From Octopus vulgaris (taxonomy: Eukaryota), in contig OX597833.1 in NCBI GenBank assembly GCA_951406725.2, forward strand, positions 9,052,001 through 9,116,000: a stretch of 64,000 bases of DNA, written 5' to 3'. Position numbers and translations under genes: made by a program. The notes below the pieces were generated by a model. It saw only the letters and a list, made by a program, of their open reading frames with translations. It did not search any database and was not told the origin of the DNA. Below, one piece after another: positions 25,520 to 37,764 of this stretch (position 1 is its first letter; every line of letters starts with the position of its first letter).

Positions 25520-27045
25520 GAGGCTTGGACTGAGTGATATCTCTTGGTCCCTAGTCCTTTGTCTTAAGGTTGGCCTTCAGTACTTTGTCTCCTCTCTTCT
25601 TTGCTCTTCCTCTTCCTCAAGTTCCAACCACTTTTTGTGATCAGCAATTCTTTATGCAATTCTCCTCATTCCTAGGCATCACATGACCAAACTAGTGCAA
25701 TCCTCTCTCTTGTCAACGACATCTAATTCTTCTTATGCCAAACTTTTCTCTCAATACATTAGTGCTCCGTTACACATGTACACTGACACTGCTCATCCTG
25801 TGGAGCTTACCCACTTCATTCCTCTCTAGTTTTCACACTTCCTCTGCATTCTGGGCCCACATCTCACTACCATGTAGCATTGCTGTTTGTATACCTGCAT
25901 CAGACAATCTTCCTTACACTCAGTGAGAGAGACCTTTGGTTGCCAACAGGTAAAAGCTCTCTGAATTTTCTCCATCCTATTCTTATTCTAGAAATTGAAC
26001 TTTTGGTACATCCTCATCCACTACTAATTTAGTTACCTAGGTAACAGAAATTACCTATCACTTCTAGAGTTCCTCCAGGGCATTTGAGGAAATCAGTTTC
26101 CCATGTGTTCGTAGATTTTATGGTTCCTATACATCTTCGACAAACAAACACTACTTTCTCTATTAATCTTCCTACTTTTCCATTGTACCTCTTGTGTGTC
26201 CATAGCTTGCACTCAATACACCAAATGGAAATCCTGCCTACACCTTTCCTACATATTGAGCATGGCCATTTACCTGAAGAGGGTAGGGTTCTGTCTGATT
26301 TCTTGCTTAGTAGGACCTTTGTCTTTGCTAAATTATCTTTAAGGCCCTTTCATTCCAGGTTTTGCTTCCACACATGGAATTTCTTTTCTAGTTCTATTAC
26401 AGATTCTGCTATGAGAGCAAGATCTTTCCATGGGTTTCCAGTCTTATATTCCTGGGAGGGTGCTGAGGTTCAAGCCTTGATGAGTGCCTACCTATGCACT
26501 AAATTCGTTACTGTGCCCATGGCTAACCCATACCTTACTAACAGCACCCTATACATGGCCTGTACAACTTTCACAAGCTATTCGTTTAACCCTTACTTCC
26601 TCAGCAACCACCATATCACAGGGTAAGGTACTCTGTCAAGGGCTTTCTCCAGATCCCTAAATACCAAGTACAATGATTTATTCCTAGCTATGTACTTTTC
26701 TTACAGTTGCCTGACTATGAAAATAACATCACTCGTGCTTCTCCCTGGCTGAAAGCCAAACTGCATTTCATCTTGCCTAATTCTTTTCCCAATTAACTGG
26801 GGCGTAACTCTCTCAGTAACTTTCATCATCCGGTCCAGCAGTTTGACACCTGTAATTTCTTCTGTCTTGTAGCAGCTGACTATAATGCTGCTACACCAGT
26901 CAATGGGGATTACACCTTCCTGAATAACCTGATTTACTATTTGGGTGACCATAACCAACTCTACCAGATATTTTAAGCACCTCAGCAGTGACTCCTGATC
27001 GACCAAGGGCTCTCCCTGTCTTCATACCTTTAATTGCATTATCTC
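25520..27045 (-). mobile_element. Degenerate RTE LINE in SRPRA intron 1, inverted relative to 22540..24375
   Basis: QIVNQVIQEGVIPIDWCSSIIVSCYK and DEMQFGFQPGRSTSDVIFIVRQL, with further RT, zinc-finger and C-terminal remnants on the minus strand. Confidence 0.88.
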
Positions 27046-27505
27046 TGATGATCATACAATTGGTAAGGTCTGTTTGTAATGTTTCTCATAAAAATGTCAT
27101 AATGTCTGTTTAGTGTGTTTTGCCTCCACAACTTTACAAAGATGATAATTATATGAGAGTGATCACTAATTAAAATCCGTTTCTCAATATTATTAGTTTG
27201 ATTTTTGATCATCATCAACTACATTATTCCTTGATGTGTATATAGTCCCAGACGGGGCCATGGCACTAGTGCTGCATCTGAGAATAAGAACACTGCTGCT
27301 TTTATAGTTTAGAAATAAAGGTTCTGCTGTGAGACCTTGTATAGATCGATGAATTAAACACCTGTTGATGACTGGAGATCAAATTGAATAAAGCATAATC
27401 TTGTGAATATAAACTGTAGTTAATTGTTGGCAAGAAGAGGATCATATTAACATCTGTGATCCTTTTAAAGTCAAATAAACTTTCTCTGAATGTAAAGCAA
27501 ATCTC

Positions 27506-27544
<39 letters not shown>

Positions 27545-27545
<1 letters not shown>

Positions 27546-27760
27546 GGCTGGTAGGATCGTTTTATGCTGGATGAAATGCTGAGCAGTATGTTGCCTGTCT
27601 CTATGTTCTGAGCTCAAATTCTGACGAGGTCAGCTTTGCCTTTCATCCTTTCGGGGTTGATAAATTGAGCACCAATGAAACACTGGGGCCAGTGTAATCA
27701 ACTAGTTCCGTACCCCCAAATTTCAAGCCTTGTGCCTAAAGTAGAAAGGATTATTATTAT
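27545..27760 (+). mobile_element. tRNA-type SINE (family B)
   Basis: gctggtaggatcgtt...gttctgagctcaaattc (B-box-like)...tttgcctttcatcctttcgggg...gccttgtgcctaaagtagaaagg(att)n; flanked by ATT repeats. Confidence 0.75.
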
Positions 27761-29104
27761 TGTTGTTGTTGTTGTGGAAGGGTTCCGACCGCCCCACAAG
27801 TGACTGAAGGTGGACTGACTTGTTATAAAACAAAGAACTGTGAGCGATCAGCAGTTCATTGGGAGCCTTTCATATGGACCATTGAGTCTCGTGAATTAGG
27901 GGTGCATCAGGTATATACTTTCTCCCCTCCCCACCACCTGTTCGTTATATCCAACATACAAGGATTTATTATTATCATGAAACAGAGGATACTTGATCAT
28001 TATTTCTATTCAATGGAAACAGATGGTGTCTTAATCATTTCAATTCCACTAATCAATCATTTCCCACATTAATTAAACACAATTTTTCTCATTTTCTCAC
28101 AAAACACTGGAGTCAGTCATTTTTGTTTTCAATTATCGTTAATGATTCATTTTTGCTATTACATTGTCAAAGAACCATTCAATAACACAAAGTTTGTAAC
28201 TAATTTGACACCAAGCCACTCATGTTCATTCCCTCCGTCACTAATACAGACTTTATATTTTAAATTGATCTCAATTAAAGCTGTCCATCTTAGTCTCATA
28301 CTTATGTTGCAGACACCAGCTTTAATAGAAACAAAGTTATTTTTATTAAACTTCATCATTTTCATAAATTAATTGAAACGAAGGCAACGGGTTTCAAGAG
28401 AAATAAGGTAACAAAACTGTTCAATTCACTTTGATGAGGTTTCAAGGCTTCTGTCTCACAAATGGGACCTGGTCCCTGACACACTGACACACTACAACAG
28501 CTGCTCTGCAATGGATGTGTTGACATTCAGATTCCTCTCTCAAACGTAATCCTTATTTATTCACATTGCTTTCAATTAATCCTGGATTATCTTATAGCTT
28601 CAAGGTTTGGATGCTGTGACATTGTTTATTTTGAGAATGACATTGTAGGGTAGGTGTGAGAGGTTAGATCTGGTTGGTTTGAATGCTAAGAGTGAATGTA
28701 AATAGTGATTTGCTAAATGTTTAGAATGACTGTTTCACAATGTTCTTACTTCAGGTTCAATAAACTTCCTCAGAGCCAGTCACTTGCTGGACTTGTACAT
28801 CACCATCACTTATTTATCTTTTTTTTATATATATATAATCCCAAGACTTGAATTTTCATTCCTTTAATTCAACACGGATATTTTTTTTCTTCTTGCAATT
28901 CACTTGGTAATTTCACTGGTGCTGGTCCCACTCTGTGCATTCTATAAAGTGGTTAGCATAAGGAAAGACATTCAGCCAAAGAAATCCTATCAAAGCAGAT
29001 ACAGGAGCTCAAGGCAGGCATTCAGCTCGTCAGATATTGTCAAATCGTTTAACTCCAGCCAGTGTGGAAGATAAATAATAAATAATAATTTTCTATTTTA
29101 CAAT

Positions 29105-29315
29105 TAGGCAGGCAAGAATTGTTAGTGTGCCAGGTAAAATGTCTAGTGGCATTTTGTCCTCTCTTTATATTCAAAGTTCAAATTCCACCAACTTTGACTT
29201 TGCCTTTCATCCTTTGGAGATTGATAAAATAAGGACCAGTTGAATGATGGGGTTCATGTATTGAGCTTAGCCCTTCCCTTGAAATTGCTGGCCTTGTGCT
29301 AAAATTTGAAATCAA
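29105..29315 (+). mobile_element. tRNA-type SINE (family B)
   Basis: Same body as 27545 (gttcaaattcc, gactttgcctttcatcc, ggccttgtgctaaaatttgaaa). Confidence 0.7.
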
Positions 29316-29520
29316 TACGTTACGATTGGTTTGATCTCTAATCATTATTGGTGAGGATCGATGGTTGAAACTTTAATTTAGAGCTAAATATTGTAAATGC
29401 ATGAGTTAACAGTCCAGAGTATAGTCATGAACACCACCACATCTCAGTTGTTTAATTAGGTTTTCTTTTTCTTTTGTGTCCTTATCAATTTTTGTGAAAT
29501 GCCTGTTTTTTGTTATTCAG

Positions 29521-29604
29521 GAGAGAAGTGGCAGTAGTTCCTACACTCACGAATCTCTGACCTTAAAGTATCGCTTGGACAATGAATACGAACTGGTATT
29601 CGTG
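29521..29604 (+). CDS. SRPRA: SRPRA coding exon 2
   Basis: ttattcag | ERSGSSSYTHESLTLKYRLDNEYELVFV | gtaagt; phase 0/0. Confidence 0.96.
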
Positions 29605-30842
29605 GTAAGTCTTCAACTTCCCATACTTCTTTCTCTTTCAACATTTCTAGGCTGACGTTCCTCCCTTCAATTCTGCAATATCTACAAACCATTCTCTCTG
29701 ACTTAGCTCTTTCTCTTTCTCCTAATCTCATCCAGTATGGTCGGGTGGGTTTTGGGAGCCCTTATAAAAATATTCAACAAATTACAAAAAATCTCAACAA
29801 AAATTTCATGTTTTTTCAGTCAGTTTTACAAATTAATTATACTTTGATTGGTTTTTAATGATGAGAATTCAGTTGTTTGAGCTGTGGTTAAGTATTTCTC
29901 AGACAGAATCAGTATAACAGTGTATGACATGGTTGCATCTTTGAATTAATGGATACCATCCATAGGGTGGGCTTCCACACAGTTTCCACTCTCCCATGGC
30001 TTGGGGTGAGCTGAGGCAAAGGTAAAACACATTTGCTCAAAGTGCATTGTACTTGGAGATCTTGTGTTTGTGGAGTGAACTTCTTCAACCACTCAACCAT
30101 GGCTAATGCTGTTGGCCAAATCTCTCTTCCCATCTGATCGACATCCAACTTTATGGCCAACAAATGTAGTTCAGTTGTACTGAAGTATTTATCATCTACT
30201 GTTTAGATTTTCAGTTGGTGGTGGTTGTTATTTAGCTCCAGGACAGTTCTTATAGAACAAACCAGTGTTTTTGAAGCACTGTGTAATTCCAAAGTCCTTT
30301 CATTTTTAAAATGTTAAGATATGGTTTGATGGATATTTGGCTGTTGTTTCTAGCAGGCCAAGTGACCACATAAAGGTTTTTTATTATTCATTCTATTTTG
30401 TTCTTTATGGCCTACAGTTTCCACAAAATTTCCCAAAGTGGTTCCGTCTAAAGTTTGAGAGGCTGGGCCTGGCCAGTTTCAATGTAAAGCAAGTAGAATA
30501 TTTGGGTTTGATATGGCCAGTTTAAATGCTAAATTAATCCTAAAATGCCAATAATCTGCAAAGCTTGGATTTAGCTTTGGTTTCCGCAGAATTGCTGAGC
30601 TGAGAGAACAGTGTGGTTTTAACAGAATTTAACTTTTCAGGAAAAACTTGGTAACTGCTTGTAACGACTTAAAATTGAGATTACTTTGAGGTATTAACTA
30701 TATATGTTGTATAGGTCTTGTGAGGCACAGATTACATACATCTGTTGTATGTCTACTGCAACACATTGTTATGCTGCCTACATCTCTCGTATGTCTTTGT
30801 TGTGACACTGTTTACATCTGTCCCTTTCTGTCTCTTACCCAG

Positions 30843-31036
30843 GTAGCGTATCAAAAGATATTACAACTGTCCTATGTCGACAAGTTTCTGACTGCCATCC
30901 AAGTGGAGTTTCGGAATAAATATAAAGATGACCTTCAACGGGGAAATATATCTCGAAATTTTGATTTTCGAGAAGATTTCAATCTTCTACTCAAGGAAAC
31001 GGTGGATGAAAGCATTTTGCAAGCCCAGAAGCCGAG
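30843..31036 (+). CDS. SRPRA: SRPRA coding exon 3
   Basis: cttacccag | VAYQKILQLSYVDKFL...FDFREDFNLLLKE...QAQKP(R) | gtaggg; phase 0/2. Confidence 0.95.
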
Positions 31037-31660
31037 GTAGGGTAAAATATTTTGGTTATTGTTATGGTGAAATCTGGAGAATTAAAGGTTGTGAGTTCAA
31101 ATCACTCATCATATTTATGTTTGTAAACCTTTGTGTGAAAAGATCATATTTAGACTCAGGAAAGAAGGGAATTTCAAAAGAAATGTTTAGTAATCAGTGT
31201 GAGAGATGAGAGAGTAGATAGGGTCCAAAGTAGACTGGAGACAACATGTGTAATGAAGAGAAGTGGTGCAGAGGATGGGAAGGACAGGAATTTGGTGTAA
31301 TTTACTCATAGAATGACTGGTCAGAAGTGGTGGTCATGACATGGATGCTTAGAGATGTAAATTGGACAAGAGCATTGTGGATGTATTTAAGTCAAGGGAT
31401 TTTAATTAAAACAACATTCTTAGTAGGAAATTTGGGCGAGAGGAGATAACCTCAAAATTTTAATTGAAATTAATATGAAGTATAGTAAGGACTGAGCCTG
31501 GTGTTTAGCAGTGTAGTGATAACTCTGGACATATTCCTGTTTTATTAGAACTCTTCAGGGCAACAGTCTAACTCTGTGTGGAGAAGCAAAAGTAGCATTT
31601 GTATGACTAAATACAGAGTAGAATTATAAATAGAGTAACTTGTTTAAGGTTTTTGTTTAT

Positions 31661-32032
31661 AGACACAGGCATGGCTGTATAGTGAAGTAGTTTGTTTCTC
31701 GACCACATAGTTTCTGGTTCAGTTCCAATGCAGGACACCTTGGGCAAGAATCTTCTACTCAAGCCCCAGGCTGACAAAGGTCCTGTGAGTGGATTCGATT
31801 GATGGAAACTGAAAAAAAGCTTATCAGGTGTGAAATGAATGTTACTGTCATCCAGGGGTGTCCTTTGTTTCCAGTCTTCAGTTAAATCATGTATGGCCTT
31901 CACGAAATGTTACCTTACTTAGAGACAGTTGAGGGTTAGTGACAGGAAGAGCATCCATTTGTAGAAAATCTGTCTCAACAAATTCTGTCTGGCCCATGCA
32001 AGTATGGAGAACTGGATGTTGAACCATGATAA
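31661..32032 (+). mobile_element. SINE family A with RTE-type tail
   Basis: ggcatggctgtatagtgaag...ggttcagttcc...caccttgggcaag...ggaaactgaaa, then gcatcca...cccatgcaagtatgga...gatgttgaa. Confidence 0.72.
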
Positions 32033-33102
32033 TACTACACACACACACACCTTAGAGCAACGAAATGGAAATTGTCATGTCAGAATGGTACAAGAGACTT
32101 AGTTTCACCAACATTGACAGTCTTAGGAATGCAAAGCAAAGGAGAAAAGTGGCTGCAAACAACCGCCTACACTGACCTGCAAACCTCATATTTGCAACAC
32201 CTGCAGGTTTCTTTGCTAGTTGTTGGCAGGACCCAAAACCCTTGAGACTGACAAAGAAAATGTAGGTTGTTGGATCTTCATCATATATATATAAGCAATA
32301 GTTATAACGATAGAGAATATGGAGACTGGTACATTCTCAAAACTTATTTGCTTTTATTCTATTATGTCATTGAGTATATTTTTATGGCTACAATGACTCA
32401 CGCACAGATTAGGGGCAGTTGCTTAATCAGGCATAATTTTCTGTGCAGCTTTGTTCGTTGTCTTTCAGCTAGCTTGGTTCGGAGGAATTTACAGCATGAA
32501 TGACAACTCCAAGTAATCATAGACGTTACATACTGTTGTGGTTAGCTGTAACCTGGAACATAACTGAGAGCCACTACAGTATCCACCTGGACTCTAAACT
32601 CACACTATGTATATATGAGCGTGTGTGTGAATATATATATATATATATTACTCATGCAAGCATGGAAAAGTAGATGTAAAAATGATGCACACACACACAC
32701 ACATGTTGGTTACTCTGTGTGTCTGTGCTTCTGTGCTTCTCTGCAAATTGCTGAGTCACAAGTCATGATTCTATTTCCTCTGTCACTAAATTGTCTTTTG
32801 GCCTTGCGCCTTTGAAGACTTATGGAATAAGAGATAACTTATATGAAGAACAGGCAACGCTTGACACTACAGAGGGTGTCTTGCTGTAAGACTGAAGCCT
32901 CAGTAATAGGTTTGTGTAATCCATATTAGCATGACAAAACGGACATAAAATTGAACCAAGAAATTGTCAAATAAATTGTGAGGGTGTAAGCAGTAATTAG
33001 TGAATAGATTGCCTATTAATACGACCATCAATTTATTATCACCAAGAGAATTAGGGTATTAGAGGAAGACCAGCTGACTGATGCAAAGCCTACCAAATTA
33101 CT

Positions 33103-33175
33103 GTACCAAATGATGAAGTCTTTTTGTAGTCTCTAATGTCAATGAGGGTTTCAACTTTTCTGACTCTGATGGTAC
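33103..33175 (+). ncRNA. Box C/D snoRNA, paralog a (copy 1)
   Basis: Terminal stem GTACCA/TGGTAC, box C ATGATGA (33110-33116), internal CTAA/ATGAGG (D'/C'-like), guide AACTTTTCTGAC (33153-33164), box D CTGA (33166-33169). Confidence 0.85.
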
Positions 33176-34190
33176 CTTAAAGACATAGATTGGTTGCCAA
33201 ACCACAATAGTGCAGGGGTTAAGCATATGGGTTATTGGCCTGGCAATTACAGGTTCAAACTAAGCCGCTTCCATTTTGTCATCTAATCTAGATTAAATCA
33301 AATTTTTTTACTCCCAGCTTCACAACATAACTCTTTTACTTGTTTCAGTCATTTGACTGCGGCCATGCTGGAGCACTGCCATTAGTAAAACTGTTTTTCA
33401 AATGTCTACATCTGTTTTTGTATGTTTGGTTCTTGCTGGTCTGATTAAGGAAAATGGACATTTCTTATTCCACGGTGAAATATGAGTCAATAAGAAGGAC
33501 TCTGTCAGACACAACACCGTCTTCCCTTTTCTGTAGCCAAAAAGGGTTAGGAAAAGTGGGGGGGGGGGTCAAGAGAGAAAAGAAATCAGGCGTGATGTAA
33601 GGGAGGTAACTGGTGCTTCTTCGCTACTTGACCAGTGAACCTAATCGGCTGCAAAGGCTATCATCGGTTGTCAATGGACCTGAGTGGAGTTGTAAGATAA
33701 TCGAATCAGAATAGAACCGGTTTATTCGTGGTTCACCAGGCTCAGCTATTTGCTTTACATATTTGTGAGGCTGTTGATATTTGGGGGCCAAGATTTGGAG
33801 GTAAATTGCCTGTTTGCTGTGGGGAGAAGATTTTTGAGATAATTTGCGTCTCCGTTTGGACGTCTAATTTGGAGGTTTTTTCCTCAATAATTTCTACTTT
33901 TAATTTTTTCCCTCCTGTAAAAATATTTTACTTAATAAAAATGGTATTTATGTAAGCTCGACCGACCTACAACCCCTTCTCCCAAGATAGCCGTTTTGGT
34001 TTCCGAATTGCAGTGATGGAGTGGATGTTGTTTGTGTGCAACTTTTTATGATATAAAATGTGTCCCCTTTGCTTTTGTTTTGTAAATTGTGCTTTGTTAT
34101 GGAGACATTGGGTTTCTCAGTGTAACAAGTTCAATGTTTTCTAGCTTTGAATTGTCGGGCTTTAATTCGCTAATCTCCTGCTGATGTGTT

Positions 34191-34263
34191 GTATCAAATG
34201 ATGAAGTCTTCTTCTAGTCTCTAATACCAATGAGGGTTTCAACTTTTCTGACTCTGATGCTAC
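34191..34263 (+). ncRNA. Box C/D snoRNA, paralog b (copy 1)
   Basis: Box C ATGATGA 34198-34204, same guide, box D 34254-34257. Inner stem is imperfect (GTATCA/TGCTAC) but an outer stem TGATGTGTT/AACACATCA is present. Confidence 0.8.
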
Positions 34264-34868
34264 CTTAAACACATCACTTAACCCATGTCCCCTTCCATAC
34301 GTTGATCATAGTTTTTCTTGATTAAATATGAAATGTATTTTTCCTCATTATTTCTATAATTATTGTGGTGGTCATATTGGTAAGGACGTGGTGGTCATGG
34401 CTCTGCTGTGGAGAAGATTTTGAGATAATTTTGGTCTCCGTATCATATCTGTATTAATGATGTGTACTTTTTCAAGTACACATATGTCTATCAAGGAGTA
34501 AAGTGTTACTGAGATCTGTAGTGCAATGTTACACTTGTATGCTGTTTTTAAGAACTGAATGACTGGTCATTTGGTCACAAACAAGTCCACTTTGTGAAAT
34601 TAATTTTTTTCTTGTGTACTTTTGTTGATAGTTGTGCAAATTGAAACATTTGCATAGACTAATGGCAATTATTTTACAATTGGATATACTTTGCTTCTTA
34701 GAGTTGTCAGCAATGATAATGGAAATGGCATTAGTTTTAGCCAGGTTAGCATTGATATAAAATTGGATGATAAAGTTTGTGCTTAGTATATCCCAATGGG
34801 GTTTAGATGCTAAAGGCTGTGTTCCATAAATCTCTGCGATGTTTCGTATATGCCTGCGGTGGTGTGTT

Positions 34869-34938
34869 GTGCCAAATGATGAAAGCATTCCAGTCTCTAA
34901 CATCAATGAGGGAGAAACTTTTCTGACTCTGATGGTAC
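34869..34938 (+). ncRNA. Box C/D snoRNA, paralog c (copy 1)
   Basis: Stem GTGCCA/TGGTAC (one G-U), box C 34876-34882, diverged interior but identical guide, box D 34929-34932; outer stem GGTGTGTT/AACACATC. Confidence 0.85.
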
Positions 34939-35737
34939 CTCAAACACATCCCAGCAAACAATGGTTTAGTTTGGTAACTGGCAAGAGCAGCAGTGCAGGC
35001 ATTGAATGGTAGAGTGTGAGGAATCCAATTAATTAGCAAAGTGAATTACTCTAGGAAGTCCTGTTGTGGTGTTCATTTGTGTACATGACTGAGAATAGTT
35101 TATAGTAACACGATATTGATTCAGTGGGTGTGTCAAATTAGCTAATGTTGAATTTATATATATATATGTATGTATGTATGTATGTGTGTGTGTGTGTGTG
35201 TGTGTATGCTGATGGAAACAGGAAAGTAGAACTCAGAACACAAATATATTTTTGGTATTGTTTATAATGGTAAACAATTCCAAATGTTTTTTCTCAAACC
35301 TTTTATAATGTGATACAAGTCTTTGGTGTAGCAATTGCATGCGGCTGCAGAAGGCTTTTGAACTATCTGTTATGTCGATGTAAGAATAAGTTATTCTATA
35401 AAGCCTGAAACATATGTACCGCAACATCCTTTGTTTCCTGTTTTTCATTTGATACATATATATATAATAAACTACAGTAATGTTGAAACAGGCGATACGG
35501 GAAAGTGCAACATGGATGAAAAAACATTTGTGGATTAAACGATGGGCCAATTCGATCAAGCGACTTGTGATTTGTCTGTTTGGTGTATTCCAGGCCCTAA
35601 CCAATCCTGGAAAATTGGAGGTGGGGTGGGCATGTGATTTTTGAATGCACTGATATGTTGTCAGTGGATATACTCCTCCTTTGCAGCAGTCGGTGCTGCG
35701 TCTAACATGACCCATCGCCTGCAGTTAGGACACCTCC

Positions 35738-36763
35738 CTCAGGTTTGTTGTCCAACATCATTCATAAAGTAAATTTGCAGGAACTGTGGTTGTTCATTTG
35801 TGCGTAACGGAGAACCAATGAGGTGATCTTGCCCTTGAACTTTGAACGTCGGTGTAAATCCATGGTCAACTATCTCCTTAGATGAACCAAACTATGTCAT
35901 TTGGAATGCAGAGTTGTATTGTCTGATATTCTTCAGAAAATCCTTTGACTGGATGGAAGTACCTTCCAGAAGATCCATAAGTGGTTGAGAAAGAGTTGGT
36001 AGTGCTGACAATGTTACCTGCCCACCTGAGCAGCACATCCCGTTAGTTTCCTTTGGAAATTTTAAAGCTTTGCAGAAATGACAATTTGAGTTTATACACA
36101 ACAATTTGGACAAGATTATCTTTTTTATAAGAATGGGATGGATTATATCTTTAAGCTGCTCCAGGAGTTGTGAAGAACGAATTTGTACGTAGTGTGTTTC
36201 TGAGAGCTGTTCTGTTGGACCCTTGTCTAATCATTAAAACAAAGTTGTTTTAATGATTCTGGATTAGGTGCTGCAGCATCCCTTTGCTGATCTTGGGGAA
36301 GTCTCATCTCACTTCCCTCTTGAGACCCCCTTTGATGTGCTGCAGCATCCCTTTGCTGATCTTGGGGAAGTCTCATCTCGCTTCTCTCTTGAGACCCCCT
36401 TTGATGTGCTGCAGCATCCCTTTGCTGATCTTGGGAAAGTCTCATCTCGCTTCTCTCTTGAGACCCCCTTTGATGTGCTGCAGCATCCCTTTGTTGATCT
36501 TGGGAAAGTCTCATCTCGCTTCTCTCTTGAGACCCCCTTTGATGTGCTGCAGCATCCCTTTGCTGATCTTGGGAAAGTCTCATCTCGCTTCTCTCTTGAG
36601 ACCCCCTTTGATGTGCTGCAGCATCCCTTTGCTGATCTTGGGAAAGTTTTACCGTCTTTCTCTCTTGCCTTTGGTCTTCTAAAATCCTCCTTGCTTTGTA
36701 CTTGTTTCTGGAGAGATTACGTCTTTTCTTTGGTGGGGTAGTTCTATCAATATTGTAAACCAA
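35738..36763 (-). mobile_element. Helitron RepHel 5' fragment (pseudogenised)
   Basis: CHFCKALKFPKETNGMCCSGGQVTL...FLKNIRQYNSAFQMT*FGS...TPTFKVQGQDHLIGS...PQFLQIYFM are hallmark N-terminal Helitron motifs, with a premature TAG at 35892. Preceded by R/Q/E-rich 23-aa repeats. Confidence 0.88.
36268..36647 (-). repeat. 69-bp tandem repeat (about 5.5 copies) in the Helitron N-terminal ORF
   Basis: Units start at 36268, 36337, 36406, 36475, 36544 and 36613; encodes RLSQDQQRDAAAHQRGSQERSEM on the minus strand. Confidence 0.95.
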
Positions 36764-37691
36764 AAATTGTGAACACAGAAGAAATTATACAGAAATCTCT
36801 TTTCGTGTAAGCAGTTGTATGTAATATGTCTTTATTTTTGTATGCAGAATAAATGAACCAAATAGAAGCACATGTATGGATTGCTAATTTAACGGTAAAT
36901 TTGCAGTTGCTGTGATAATTATTAACTGAGAATTGAATGGTAAATGTGTATTTTTCTATCCCTTGGGCCTGCTACCTCATCGTCTTTTGTCAAGGGTTCC
37001 CCCCTTCAGCTGTCTGTTATGTCAGTCAACACACATTGACACACCATTCCTGTAAAGACAGAAAGTTGCCGATGTGTAATGTTGCTCACATTAGGATGTA
37101 ATTAGAATTAAAAGTGAAACAATCCTATGTCACATTACAATATAGATGTTATTCTCTCATTTTTGACTTGTTTTACTGAATCAGTGCCACTTTTGTATTG
37201 TTTTAATCCAAATGGAAAGAAAAATGACATGTTGACACTGATGGGGTCTGATACTATTACCATGTAAAATCTGATTTGATTTGGTTGAGCCGTTGGAGAA
37301 TGCATTGCGAACAAATGGGAAGACAAAGAGAATTTTAGATATACAACAAGTACAGGTTCCAATGTTATGTGGCTAATGTACAGTTTTTGGTTTCGCTCTT
37401 ATATAGATTAATAATGAATATACAAGCAAATAAGGAAAATTTAAAGGTATGTATGCATAGATATGGAATGGCATATTCCCTATTTCCTACAATAAAATTG
37501 GTTGCACCCCACCAGCCACATGTCACCTTAGTGGCTACATGTATCATGGAATGTATTCACTGATTGTTTTCCAAAAGCGGTAGAGTTTATTCTGTTTGCT
37601 TTTGCGCCACTAGGGTCCATTTCTAAAAAGTATTTCACACAGAAAACAAACTGTTGGCATGAATTATAGTCTTCTAACCTCCCAAATTACT

Positions 37692-37764
37692 GTACCAAAT
37701 GATGAAGTCTTTTTGTAGTCTCTAATGTCAATGAGGGTTTCAACTTTTCTGACTCTGATGGTAC
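37692..37764 (+). ncRNA. Box C/D snoRNA, paralog a (copy 2)
   Basis: Identical to 33103..33175. Confidence 0.85.

Larger units (their letters stand above)
33093..35164 (+). repeat. Direct segmental repeat, copy 1 (about 2.07 kb)
   Basis: Near-identical to 37682..39733 by eye, with roughly 25 substitutions and a few small indels (about 98-99% identity). Both copies end in a TA run. Confidence 0.95.

Noticed and set aside
34457-34512. Additional C/D snoRNA (ATGATGT...CTGA)
   Set aside because: Imperfect box C, only ~55 nt, no terminal stem and no recognisable guide.
34529-35039. Duplicated minus-strand ORFs (125 aa, 78 aa; again at 39099..39609) as genes
   Set aside because: No recognisable protein features; their recurrence is explained by the recent duplication, and they overlap the snoRNA antisense.
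36268-36647. Regular repeats as a CRISPR-like array (also 51588..51860)
   Set aside because: The units are head-to-tail with no unique spacers, the context is eukaryotic and no cas genes are present; these are minisatellites.
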